DNA from: an uncultured Clostridia bacterium
GTDB lineage: Bacteria; Bacillota; Clostridia; Oscillospirales; QAKW01
NCBI GenBank assembly: GCA_944385895.1
Contig: CALWYZ010000009.1
Location: 1,859 to 65,858 of the forward strand
DNA length: 64,000 nucleotides
Direction: 5' to 3'
Under the pieces are notes generated by a model. The model made no database searches. It was not told the DNA's origin and saw only the letters and a list, made by a program, of their open reading frames with translations. How positions within the stretch are numbered: position 1 is the stretch's first letter; each line of letters starts with the position of its first letter. The position numbers and the translations under genes were made by a program. Positions 36,772 through 46,029 of this stretch are shown here, in pieces.

Positions 36772-37124
36772 ACCTTATCGCTCCCGTCTGTATACAGTCC
36801 GGCAGTGTACAGCAGACCGCAGGCAGTATACATTCTGTACTCAGTTGTGAGTATTACTATGCCGTTCTCCTCAGCAAGAGACACGACAGAACTGTCCGGT
36901 TTTTTGCCCCGTACAAAAATTATTCCTTTCATGTCCATCATCATGGCTGTGCGCACTGTCTGGGGATTGACAAGCCCCGTGAGCAGAATTCCGTGATCCT
37001 TTACAAAAGCAAGAACATCACTCATCATATCTGAGCCGCAGGCAGAATATACCTCGGCGTCCGCTAGCTCTTTACAACAAACAATATTCGCTTCCAGTAT
37101 CTGACATATCTTACTGATTTTCAT
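36768..37124 (-). CDS. DRTGG-like small domain protein
   Basis: 118 aa. First gene of the regulatory module; overlaps the next gene by 4 nt. Confidence 0.5.
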   Translation of the reverse strand: MKISKICQILEANIVCCKELADAEVYSACGSDMMSDVLAFVKDHGILLTGLVNPQTVRTAMMMDMKGIIFVRGKKPDSSVVSLAEENGIVILTTEYRMYTACGLLYTAGLYTDGSDKV

Positions 37125-37316
37125 GTCTGTTCTCCGTTAAGTATATTTTTTTGGCATATATGCCGAGTACAATAATTATAACATATATCGTACAAACATG
37201 CAATTAAATATAGACTTTTTTTAGTAAATAATACATATTAGCAATTTTTGTATTGCATTAAAGAATAATATAAAATATAATTAGCGTATAAATCGTTTCA
37301 GAAAAGAGGCTGTACA

Positions 37317-38471
37317 ATGAATATTTTAACTTTAAACAAAATTTCCAAAGTAGGCACAAACGAATTTTCCGGCGGGTACACCGTAAGCGACAGCTGCGAA
37401 AATCCGGATGCTATTATGGTAAGAAGTGCGTCTATGCATGATATGGTTATGCCTGAGAGTCTGCTTGCAATCGCAAGAGCGGGTGCAGGTGTCAACAATA
37501 TACCCATTAACACATGCGCGGAAAAAGGAATTGTTGTTTTCAACACCCCCGGAGCCAATGCCAATGCGGTAAAAGAGCTTGCCATTGCTTCTTTGATACT
37601 CGCATCAAGAGATATCGTCGGTGGTATCGAATGGGTAAAGACTTTATCAGGTGATGATATTGCAAAACAGGTAGAAAAAGGCAAGAGCAATTTTGCAGGT
37701 CATGAGATCTCGGGAAAAACTCTGGGTGTTGTCGGTCTTGGAGCAATCGGCGTCAATGTCGCAAACGCCGCTTATTCCCTCGGAATGAAAGTACTTGGCT
37801 ACGACCCGTATATCTCCCTGAAATCAGCTTGGAACCTTTCAAGCCACATCGGCAAAGCCGCAACTTTAGATGAACTTTATGAAAACTGCGATATAATATG
37901 CATACATGCTCCGCTCACCGATGAGACTAATAGATTTGTCAATGAAGAAAGCATTGCAAAAATGAAGGACGGCATGGTTATAATCAATCTTTCTCGCGCC
38001 GATCTTGTTAATGACGCTGATATTGCAAAGGCTCTTGAAAACGGCAAAATAGCAAAATACATAACTGATTTTCCAAATCCTGACACTGTCAAGATGAAAA
38101 ACTGCATTTGCATACCTCATCTGGGAGCATCAACAGAAGAAAGCGAAGACAACTGCGCTTATATGGCAGCTCATGAGCTTATTGACTATCTGGAAAACGG
38201 AAATATAACCAATTCCGTAAATTTCCCTAATGTTGAAATGCCAAAGGCAAGCGCTGTGAGAATTTGCGTGTTCCATAAAAATATTCCCGCAATTCTTTCA
38301 AAAGTTTCCTCTGTTATTTCTTCGCAGAATATAAATATTGCAAATATGATCAATAAGTCAAAGGGCGACTTTGCCTATACAATGATAGACTGTGACGATA
38401 ATATCACAGACGAAACCATAACTTTGCTTAAAAATATTGACGGTATTATCAGAATACGCGTCATTAAATAA
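37317..38471 (+). CDS. serA: D-3-phosphoglycerate dehydrogenase (2-hydroxyacid dehydrogenase with C-terminal ACT)
   Basis: GVVGLGAIG NAD-binding motif; catalytic HLGAST region; ACT-like C-terminus. Confidence 0.8.
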   Translation: MNILTLNKISKVGTNEFSGGYTVSDSCENPDAIMVRSASMHDMVMPESLLAIARAGAGVNNIPINTCAEKGIVVFNTPGANANAVKELAIASLILASRDIVGGIEWVKTLSGDDIAKQVEKGKSNFAGHEISGKTLGVVGLGAIGVNVANAAYSLGMKVLGYDPYISLKSAWNLSSHIGKAATLDELYENCDIICIHAPLTDETNRFVNEESIAKMKDGMVIINLSRADLVNDADIAKALENGKIAKYITDFPNPDTVKMKNCICIPHLGASTEESEDNCAYMAAHELIDYLENGNITNSVNFPNVEMPKASAVRICVFHKNIPAILSKVSSVISSQNINIANMINKSKGDFAYTMIDCDDNITDETITLLKNIDGIIRIRVIK

Positions 38472-38490
38472 AAATTAAAAAGGAGAAAAT

Positions 38491-38880
38491 ATGAGAAAAT
38501 CAAAAATTTTATTATCGGCACTGGTAATAGTACTCATGCTCGTTTCCGTCTGCGCATGCTCGGACAACGGAGCATCGAACGGTAATGAGGTGACTTTTTC
38601 TCTGACAGTAGTTCACGCAGACAAATCGGAAAAAGAATTTGAAATCACAACTGATAAATCAAATCTGCGCCAGGCTCTGGAAGATGAAAATCTCATTTCC
38701 GGAACCGAATCGGAATACGGCTTGTTTGTCACGACAGTTGACGGTGAGACCGCCGATTACAGCAAAAACGAGAGCTGGTGGAATTTGTTGAAAAACGGCG
38801 AATCTTCACCGACAGGTGTTGACGGCTGCACGATAGCTGATGGTGACCGATTTGAATTTGTGTATACGATAGGTTACTGA
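38491..38880 (+). CDS. DUF4430-like lipoprotein
   Basis: Lipobox VCAC. The pattern ...GLFVTTVDGETAD...WWNLLKNGE...GDRFEFVY is recalled as the DUF4430 family. Confidence 0.6.
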   Translation: MRKSKILLSALVIVLMLVSVCACSDNGASNGNEVTFSLTVVHADKSEKEFEITTDKSNLRQALEDENLISGTESEYGLFVTTVDGETADYSKNESWWNLLKNGESSPTGVDGCTIADGDRFEFVYTIGY

Positions 38881-38897
38881 CAAAAAAAGGACGGATA

Positions 38898-38940
38898 AGG
38901 GAGACACTCCGTAAGGAAGTTGTCTCCCTTGAGCTTTTGT
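38898..38940 (+). terminator. Terminator after the DUF4430 gene
   Basis: Stem aagggagaca / tgtctccctt followed by gagcttttg. Confidence 0.6.
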
Positions 38941-38943
38941 AAG

Positions 38944-38985
38944 CAAAAAACGACGGCAGGAAAAGCAATTTTCCTTGCCGCCGTT
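38944..38985 (-). terminator. Terminator of the minus-strand three-gene islet
   Basis: Stem aacgacggcaggaaaa / ttttccttgccgccgtt followed on the minus strand by tttttt. Confidence 0.75.
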
Positions 38986-38988
38986 GGT

Positions 38989-39180
38989 TTAATTTTCGTC
39001 TTCATCGTTAGTCCAACCGGATATAATATGCAATTCGCCCGAATCCAAATCCATTGCCATATTATCTCCCATCCTCATCAATAAATCTCCGTCAGAATCT
39101 ATTGCCATATTTTCAGAGATAGAATGAGCAAAATCGCCGTCCTCGAAATCAAAAAAATGCTTACCCATATAGCACCTCAC
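38989..39180 (-). CDS. Small acidic protein with an internal repeat
   Basis: 63 aa. Repeated pattern ENMAIDSDGDL / DNMAMDLDSGEL. Last gene before the terminator. Confidence 0.45.
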   Translation of the reverse strand: MRCYMGKHFFDFEDGDFAHSISENMAIDSDGDLLMRMGDNMAMDLDSGELHIISGWTNDEDEN

Positions 39181-39188
39181 TCGAAAAA

Positions 39189-39863
39189 TTAATAATCATA
39201 TTTGTTTATTTCTAAAACTCTGAAGGTTGCATTTTGAAATTGATTTAATTTTTCTTGATCTACATATTCAAAAGCTTTCAAATATATCTCTTGTCCGGCA
39301 TCTAATCTATCAGCGTAAATCATATCTGTTTCAATTCTTGCACCATTTGCACCTACTGCTTCAATTGTTATGTAATAGGTGCATTGTTTTTCGGCTTTGT
39401 TTTTTACTGTAATATCAAGGGATGTTTCAGAAAAGTATCCATTATTAGTTACTTTGAATTCTCCAAAAGAAACATCAACATATTTTTCTAAAATTTCGTC
39501 TGTCGTTTCTTCTCTAAATACATCACCAATTGAAAGCACATCGGATTCAATATAATCTAATATGTTACTGAAAAGCGTAGCAGCAAAAACGACACGCAGA
39601 ATCACAAGAATAACGGATAAAACGATTTTAGTTATAAAGCCAATCAAAGCACCTTTACCTGCCGATTTGGCTCGTTTAGGTTTCTTTCCTTCATATATTA
39701 GAAAAAGGATTAAACCAACAATCGGAATAAAAAACCCCAAGATAGCAAACCCAAAATTCGAACGGTCATCAGTTTCGTTAATATTGTTATCAAATCTTGT
39801 TCCACAGTTGATACAGTATGTAGCCGAATCATCTATGTTCTTCCCGCAACTTCTACAATACAT
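39189..39863 (-). CDS. Zinc-ribbon membrane protein with an extracellular beta-rich domain
   Basis: N-terminal CRSCGKNIDDSATYCINCG, two TM helices and a C-terminal domain of about 110 aa. Confidence 0.6.
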   Translation of the reverse strand: MYCRSCGKNIDDSATYCINCGTRFDNNINETDDRSNFGFAILGFFIPIVGLILFLIYEGKKPKRAKSAGKGALIGFITKIVLSVILVILRVVFAATLFSNILDYIESDVLSIGDVFREETTDEILEKYVDVSFGEFKVTNNGYFSETSLDITVKNKAEKQCTYYITIEAVGANGARIETDMIYADRLDAGQEIYLKAFEYVDQEKLNQFQNATFRVLEINKYDY

Positions 39864-39877
39864 TTAATTTCCTCCCA

Positions 39878-40963
39878 TTAGTATTTATTGAAACGTGGCA
39901 ATTGAGAAATCAATGCTTTGATTTCAGTATCGCTTGTTTCTACATCAGCAAAAATAATTAACTCATAATCATCTTCATCTTTGCAGTTTCTTAAAGCACC
40001 AAGCTCATTACAAATATAATAATTAATAAAATCTATGTTGGTAGCTTTCTTTCGGTTATAGTCGATACCAAATTTCAATATTGCATTCGCTCTTTGCTTG
40101 TATTTATCTAAGTTCTTCAAAGCGTGCCTCAAGCAATTATTAATTATCGGATTGATAGAATAATATGTAATAGATTGAACTTGTTTTTTGCGCTTAGCAA
40201 TATTGCCCAATTCAAAAACATACTTTTTTTCTTCAAATATAGATTCAAAAATATCTTCATTATCCAATATTAATTCTAAAAAATCATTGTTGGCGAAAAT
40301 ACAACTACCAACATCATAGTAACCGCAAGCAAAAAACATATAATAGGAATCATAGATACTATTAAACAATTCAACATCGTTCATACTCGCTACAAGACGT
40401 GCGAATTCTACACTATTTTCAAAATGAATCCAAGTTGTTCCCTTATCTTTTCTGAATTCAAATTGATTATGATACATTTTTAGTTTTATTCCATACTCTT
40501 CATAAAGATATCTCACGCCATTGACCGAATGATATTCAACAACATAATCAAGAAAGGTTTTGCCAAATTCATCTGTTTGAGTAATGATAGGTTTTCCGTC
40601 GCATGCCAACAACAGATCAAATTCGTTTTTGTATAATTGCGGATCGTCTAAATATGCATAATATCTAAATCCTTTGTTAAATGGTACGTTTTCTTTTTCT
40701 ATAGGTAATTTATACGCATCTTCATCCATCAGTCGTGCTAATGAAACACCGAATATTTTTTCTAAAGGAATAATAAATTCATATTTAAGCGGTCTTTCAC
40801 CTTTTAACATTTTTGAAAAGTTAGATTTTTCATTATTTGCAAATTTGTATGCTTCTTGACCTTTGATTCCTAATTCATGTGCAATATTCACCAGCAAATG
40901 ACTATACATTTTTATCCCTTTTAAGTTCATATAATGGTCGATATTTTTCTTTAAATTTGTCAT
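39878..40963 (-). CDS. XRE-type HTH protein with a large unknown C-terminal domain
   Basis: The N-terminal ~80 aa have an HTH pattern (..LKGIKMYSHLLVNIAHELGI...FSKMLKGERPL..). The rest is unassigned. Confidence 0.5.
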   Translation of the reverse strand: MTNLKKNIDHYMNLKGIKMYSHLLVNIAHELGIKGQEAYKFANNEKSNFSKMLKGERPLKYEFIIPLEKIFGVSLARLMDEDAYKLPIEKENVPFNKGFRYYAYLDDPQLYKNEFDLLLACDGKPIITQTDEFGKTFLDYVVEYHSVNGVRYLYEEYGIKLKMYHNQFEFRKDKGTTWIHFENSVEFARLVASMNDVELFNSIYDSYYMFFACGYYDVGSCIFANNDFLELILDNEDIFESIFEEKKYVFELGNIAKRKKQVQSITYYSINPIINNCLRHALKNLDKYKQRANAILKFGIDYNRKKATNIDFINYYICNELGALRNCKDEDDYELIIFADVETSDTEIKALISQLPRFNKY

Positions 40964-41177
40964 GGCTTATGCCTCCTTTTTTATATTATAACACATCTCA
41001 TTCTAAAATGGTAGTCATATTAGACAACTTTTGTTGTCTTTTTTGATGTTATTCAAAAATTTAGGGAAAAACCTTACGGTCAAATTTGACAACTAAACAA
41101 ATCACCTACTACGCAGCCATAAAGTTTAAGTAGAGTGTAAAATGCGCTTTATTAATAGGAAGTGTACCCTCGAAATA

Positions 41178-41224
41178 CCCACTGACATCTTTTCTCAGAG
41201 TATCTGAGAAAAGATGTCAGTGGG
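41178..41224. repeat. Perfect 22-bp inverted repeat (3-nt loop)
   Basis: cccactgacatcttttctcaga-gta-tctgagaaaagatgtcagtggg. Confidence 0.9.
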
Positions 41225-41377
41225 TTACACACTTTGGAAATGTGTGTAACAAAAAACGGCATAGCCAATGGCTACACCGCAAAACGTACATCAATTATTC
41301 AGTTTAGATACAAGAGCCACTTTGGGGCACCTTCCTTACGGAGGGTGCCCCAAACCGTCCTTTTTATTTTATGTTAT

Positions 41378-42607
41378 TTAAAGTCTGATTTTTCCCGACT
41401 TTGCCACGATCTCAACAGTATCACGGGCAATAACAAGCTCTTCATTAGTGGGAATTATATAGCATGCTACCTTTGAATCGTCAGTGCTTATTTTAGTATT
41501 TTCCTTACAGTGTTCAACGCTGTTTGCTTCAGCGTCAAGCTTCACACCCAGATATGTAAGGTTTTCCAGCACTTTTTGTCTGAGCAACGGATCATTTTCT
41601 CCGATTCCGGCAGTGAATACAATAGCATCCACTCCATTCATCGCAGCGGCATATGCACCGATAAATTTAATGATTTGATAATGCTGCATCTCAATCGCAA
41701 GCACAGAGCGTTCTCTTCCGGCTGCCGCTTCCTCATTGACCGTCCGGCTGTCGTTCGATGTGCCTGTTATACCCAAAAGGCCTGATTCTTTATTGCACAT
41801 CACATCTATATCATGCGCGCTCATGCCCTCTTTTTCCGCTATATACGTAAGCACAGACGGATCAATGCTGCCGCATCTTGTGCCCATCAAAAATCCGTCA
41901 ACAGGGGTCAGTCCCATTGATGTATCTATACATTTTCCCTTATCAACAGCGCAAATAGACGCACCGTTGCCGATATGGCATGTTATTATCTTGAGTTCGC
42001 TTATATCTCTGCCCATCAGATGCGCGCACTCGCCCGAAACATATCTGTGAGATGTACCGTGTGCACCGTATCTGCGTATATGATATTTTTCATAATACTT
42101 ATACGGAATTGCAAACATATACGCTTTGGGGGGCATAGTCTGATGAAACGACGTATCAAATACGGCAACCTGAGGCACTTTGCTTCCAAGTACTTCAATA
42201 CAGGCACGTATGCCTATAACATGAGCCTTATTGTGCAAAGGCGCAAGAACCGCAAGCTCGCTTATCTTGTTTATTACATCCTCATCTATCAATGTAGACT
42301 GTGAAAACACATCACCGCCCTGCACCACTCTGTGTCCTACCGCGTTTATCTCATCAAGAGAATCTACAACCCTGTCACTGCCATAAACCAAAGCATCGAT
42401 TATCATTTTAAATGCCGCCTTATGGTCGCTTATTTGAACTTGTTTTTTAAACACCTGCCGTTCTTCTTCACCTACTTTATAACCGAAAATACCGACAGGC
42501 TCTCCGATCTTTTCGCAGTTACCCTTAGCTATCAGCTTTTCGCCGTCCATGTCTATAAGCTGAAATTTTAACGATGAACTTCCTGCATTTATTACAAGTA
42601 CCTTCAT
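41378..42607 (-). CDS. ackA: Acetate kinase
   Basis: VLVINAGSSSLKF N-terminus; full-length similarity pattern. Confidence 0.95.
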   Translation of the reverse strand: MKVLVINAGSSSLKFQLIDMDGEKLIAKGNCEKIGEPVGIFGYKVGEEERQVFKKQVQISDHKAAFKMIIDALVYGSDRVVDSLDEINAVGHRVVQGGDVFSQSTLIDEDVINKISELAVLAPLHNKAHVIGIRACIEVLGSKVPQVAVFDTSFHQTMPPKAYMFAIPYKYYEKYHIRRYGAHGTSHRYVSGECAHLMGRDISELKIITCHIGNGASICAVDKGKCIDTSMGLTPVDGFLMGTRCGSIDPSVLTYIAEKEGMSAHDIDVMCNKESGLLGITGTSNDSRTVNEEAAAGRERSVLAIEMQHYQIIKFIGAYAAAMNGVDAIVFTAGIGENDPLLRQKVLENLTYLGVKLDAEANSVEHCKENTKISTDDSKVACYIIPTNEELVIARDTVEIVAKSGKIRL

Positions 42608-42671
42608 TTTTCCCTCCGTTTTTTTATTTCCATTATATTATAGTAAACATATTTTTATATTTCAACAAATT

Positions 42672-45545
42672 CTACTTAAAATATTCGTTCAAAGATGCTA
42701 CTATATTATCACAAAGCTTTTCTTTATAATCCCGTGTAAGAAGTTTTTCATATTCCTGCGGATTGCACACAAAACCGCATTCAAGCAATACACAAGGATA
42801 TCTGTAATCACGACAAAGACTTAAATTCTGAGCCTTATATCCGGCATTAGGAATAAAAAGACCGTCGGTTATTCTCTCGGCAATGGCTTTAGAAAGAGGG
42901 ATTGCGGTTTCCCGTGAATAAAGCACAACGGTTCCGCTTGCATTATTGAAATCCGAGCCGCGGCCGACTGAATTGTGATGTATCGATATACTTATATCCG
43001 GTTTGAACGACCGAATCATAACTGAGCGCTGTTCTAACGGAAGAGTACTGGCGTCATCACGCGTAAGTATTACGTTTGCACCTGCCTGTTTTAATTTCTG
43101 CGCAAGGATATATGATACACTTAAGTTTAAATCCTCCTCCAAAACTCCGTTTTCTCCGGCAGGACCTACAGCTCCGCTGTCATCTCCGCCGTGACCGGGA
43201 TCTATTGCCACAGTCTTGCCCTGAAGTCCCCCTTTACGGTTTGAATACAACCAAACCGACAAAGTGTTTTCATCCGTGTTTTTTACATAAAAGCCCTCGA
43301 CAGCTCCGCTTTCAAAGTTGAATACAGCATTTGCGCTGGTGCCGTATCTTATAAAGCTTACATTTATACCGGAATCCTGAGAAATTATCTCAGGTTTGTC
43401 TGCAACACCGTAAAGTTCTAATATAAAAGTACCATACTCGTTAACACGGCTTTGGAAAGTAGGTACGCTGTCAAAAATCAAGTCTATACGAGTGTACTTG
43501 CTTTCATCTATATCAACATCTGTGGATTCGGGTGGGTTGTTATCAACATTATTTTTATTGATCCACTTGCCGCTTTGCAGAAGATACATACCGTCTGCCA
43601 TAGCGACAGCCTTTACCTTGGCACCGGCGGGAAGCTGATAATTTTCCATTGTAGAGCCGTTTGACACTTCGTTATACACATAACATTCATACTGTGTATA
43701 CAGTGTGACAGGCTCACTTATCACATATGAGCTTCCGCTCTTGTCAAACTGAACGTTTCCTGTATCGGTCTTGACATAAAAAGTGACCGGTGCCTCCTGT
43801 GATCTTGAGCACATAATATTAGGAACGTTAACAGTGGCGCTGTACATTGAAAAGCCGTCTGAGCTTTTTGACGAAGGATAAAGCTGAATTTCTTTACCCA
43901 TAAAGTTTGCATAAACATTCAGTTTCGGCAGAGCGTATATACTCAGTTCAACCTGCTGACCGGCAAAAAAGAAGCTTTCCGATACAGGATACGCGCTGTC
44001 GGGTTTGAAGTATTCATTTACGATTTCCGGATTGCTCTGTGTTTCATAGCGGGTCAGTGTTATGGCGCGTTTCTGTTCACCGCTGACAAACGTAAATGTA
44101 TTCTGCCCCATCTGCAGCGGCAGATATGCGCAGAAATAGCCGTGTTCCGTCACATTCAGAGTCTTACCGTTGACGGTAAGGGTCTTGCCGGGATCAGCAA
44201 CGCCCGTTACAGATACGTTTTTATCGGTAGTCCTATATCCGTTTTCGGGAGTTGTTATTTTCAACTCAGTTGACGTTAAAGGAACTGTTTCAATATATTT
44301 TTCTGCATTTTTATTAAACTTCTGAGACTCATTCTCTAAGTTGTTTACCTGTTCAAAAGAATAGTCTTTTATAAGATCGGCACAGCCCAATAAATTTTCT
44401 TTTAAATTCCGATATCTGAAAAATACGCTGCCGTCTACGCCGCTCTTACAGCACATATCAAACTGGCGAGACAGCTGTGATACACTGTCAAATCCTTTTT
44501 CATCGGTGCCCAATTTATAAACGGCATGCCCGATATAAAGCTTAACATCCGTATCAGCACAAAGCTTACTCCACCAATCGACAAGAATGTCAAAAGGAGC
44601 CGCCTGCGTCTCAAAAGCCCAATATATCTGCGGACAGATATAATCCACCCAGCCGTTCTGGACCCACGATCTTGAATCTGCATAAATAGCACTGTAGGAA
44701 GACATACCACTGGTATCAGATCCGTCAGGGTTATTTTTTTTATTATCCCAGATGCCGAAAGGACTGATTCCAAAGCTTACATCCGGATTTATATTATGTA
44801 TTGCTTTTTGAACATCTCGTACCAGAGTATTGACGTTATTTCTGCGAAAATCCGCTGTATCGTCAAATTCTTTGCCGTATTTTTCATAGTCGGCAGCATC
44901 AGGATAATCCGTTACCCCGTAAGGGTAGAAATAATCGTCAAAATGTATACCGTCTACATCATAATTTTCAACTATTTCCTCAATACCGTCTATTATCAGC
45001 TGTCTGACCTCTTCAAGCGCTGGATTAAAATACACCCCACCGTCAGAGCACACGACATAATATTCCGGATGCTGTTTTGCAGGATTGCTATCTGCCAGCC
45101 CTTCAATAACGGCTTCCGGTCCGTCACTGCCTTTTCCGATACGGTAGGGATTTATCCAGGCATGCACTTGTATTTCTTTAGCATGTGCCTTTTCCGTCAG
45201 ATACAAAAGCGGATCAAAATCACCGTCCGGCGCTATACCCTGGGTACCGGACAGCACCTCGCTCCAAGGAAAAATTTCAGACTTGTAAAGCGCATCTGCA
45301 CATGGCCGGACTTGAAAAAATATAGCGTTTATTCCCATTTGCACGCATGTTGAAACAATATCATCTAATTCCCCTTTCATCTCCGATTCCGTCAGCCCCG
45401 GCTTTGAGGGAAAATCAAGATTCTGAACAGTTGACAGCCAGACACCTTTTAAATATTTATCACTGCTTTCAAAGTCGGCAAATGTTATTAATGACAACAT
45501 ATTTATCACCACCACCGCTGCAATTATATAAGAAATTTTTTTCAT
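42672..45545 (-). CDS. Fusion protein: glycoside-hydrolase-like GHL10 (YngK/DUF187-like) domain, beta-rich middle region and N-acetylmuramoyl-L-alanine amidase (Amidase_3)
   Basis: Signal/TM segment. N-terminal TIM-barrel-like region (KGVWLSTVQNLDFP...). C-terminal VAIDPGHGGDDSGAVG amidase motif. Confidence 0.7.
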   Translation of the reverse strand: MKKISYIIAAVVVINMLSLITFADFESSDKYLKGVWLSTVQNLDFPSKPGLTESEMKGELDDIVSTCVQMGINAIFFQVRPCADALYKSEIFPWSEVLSGTQGIAPDGDFDPLLYLTEKAHAKEIQVHAWINPYRIGKGSDGPEAVIEGLADSNPAKQHPEYYVVCSDGGVYFNPALEEVRQLIIDGIEEIVENYDVDGIHFDDYFYPYGVTDYPDAADYEKYGKEFDDTADFRRNNVNTLVRDVQKAIHNINPDVSFGISPFGIWDNKKNNPDGSDTSGMSSYSAIYADSRSWVQNGWVDYICPQIYWAFETQAAPFDILVDWWSKLCADTDVKLYIGHAVYKLGTDEKGFDSVSQLSRQFDMCCKSGVDGSVFFRYRNLKENLLGCADLIKDYSFEQVNNLENESQKFNKNAEKYIETVPLTSTELKITTPENGYRTTDKNVSVTGVADPGKTLTVNGKTLNVTEHGYFCAYLPLQMGQNTFTFVSGEQKRAITLTRYETQSNPEIVNEYFKPDSAYPVSESFFFAGQQVELSIYALPKLNVYANFMGKEIQLYPSSKSSDGFSMYSATVNVPNIMCSRSQEAPVTFYVKTDTGNVQFDKSGSSYVISEPVTLYTQYECYVYNEVSNGSTMENYQLPAGAKVKAVAMADGMYLLQSGKWINKNNVDNNPPESTDVDIDESKYTRIDLIFDSVPTFQSRVNEYGTFILELYGVADKPEIISQDSGINVSFIRYGTSANAVFNFESGAVEGFYVKNTDENTLSVWLYSNRKGGLQGKTVAIDPGHGGDDSGAVGPAGENGVLEEDLNLSVSYILAQKLKQAGANVILTRDDASTLPLEQRSVMIRSFKPDISISIHHNSVGRGSDFNNASGTVVLYSRETAIPLSKAIAERITDGLFIPNAGYKAQNLSLCRDYRYPCVLLECGFVCNPQEYEKLLTRDYKEKLCDNIVASLNEYFK

Positions 45546-45579
45546 AATAGCACCCTTATGTAAAATAGCATATGCATAA

Positions 45580-46029
45580 CTATATCAGCTCTAGCTGTGT
45601 TTCCGTTTCCTCATAATTCAACAAATTATATTTTTCTGAAATTTCAGACTTACTGTCGGGATTTTCATAAATAAAAGCAGTTGTGTCAAGAACCACGTAA
45701 TCGTCTAAAAATATCAGCTTATGTTGTTTGACACCGTTCAATACTATAACATAGTCAACTTGCTCAACAGGGATCTCTATGGCATCATGCCTGACAAGGG
45801 GCAACGATTTTGCCCAGTCTATTATCTGATTTATATCATCTTTTTCGGTCACTGTCTTTGAAACATATGAACGAGAGTCGGGATCTTCATCGGAATAACA
45901 AGTTTTTTTAAATTCAATAGACGTTACACTCTCGTTATTTATCTGAAGCACCGGACGCTGTTTTTCAGTACAGCCTGCAAATATTACCAACGCCATCAGT
46001 GCGGCTGTCAAAAATATATATTTTTTCAT
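45580..46029 (-). CDS. Lipoprotein, unknown function
   Basis: Lipobox FAGC. Confidence 0.55.
   Translation of the reverse strand: MKKYIFLTAALMALVIFAGCTEKQRPVLQINNESVTSIEFKKTCYSDEDPDSRSYVSKTVTEKDDINQIIDWAKSLPLVRHDAIEIPVEQVDYVIVLNGVKQHKLIFLDDYVVLDTTAFIYENPDSKSEISEKYNLLNYEETETQLELI

Noticed and set aside
38989-40963. Prophage or ICE remnant
   Set aside because: It has no integrase, recombinase, phage structural genes or flanking direct repeats. It is reported only as an AT-rich islet.
41234-41476. 80-aa ORF in the palindrome-rich intergenic region
   Set aside because: It has no RBS, spans hairpins, runs into the 3' end of ackA on the opposite strand, and its composition is not protein-like.
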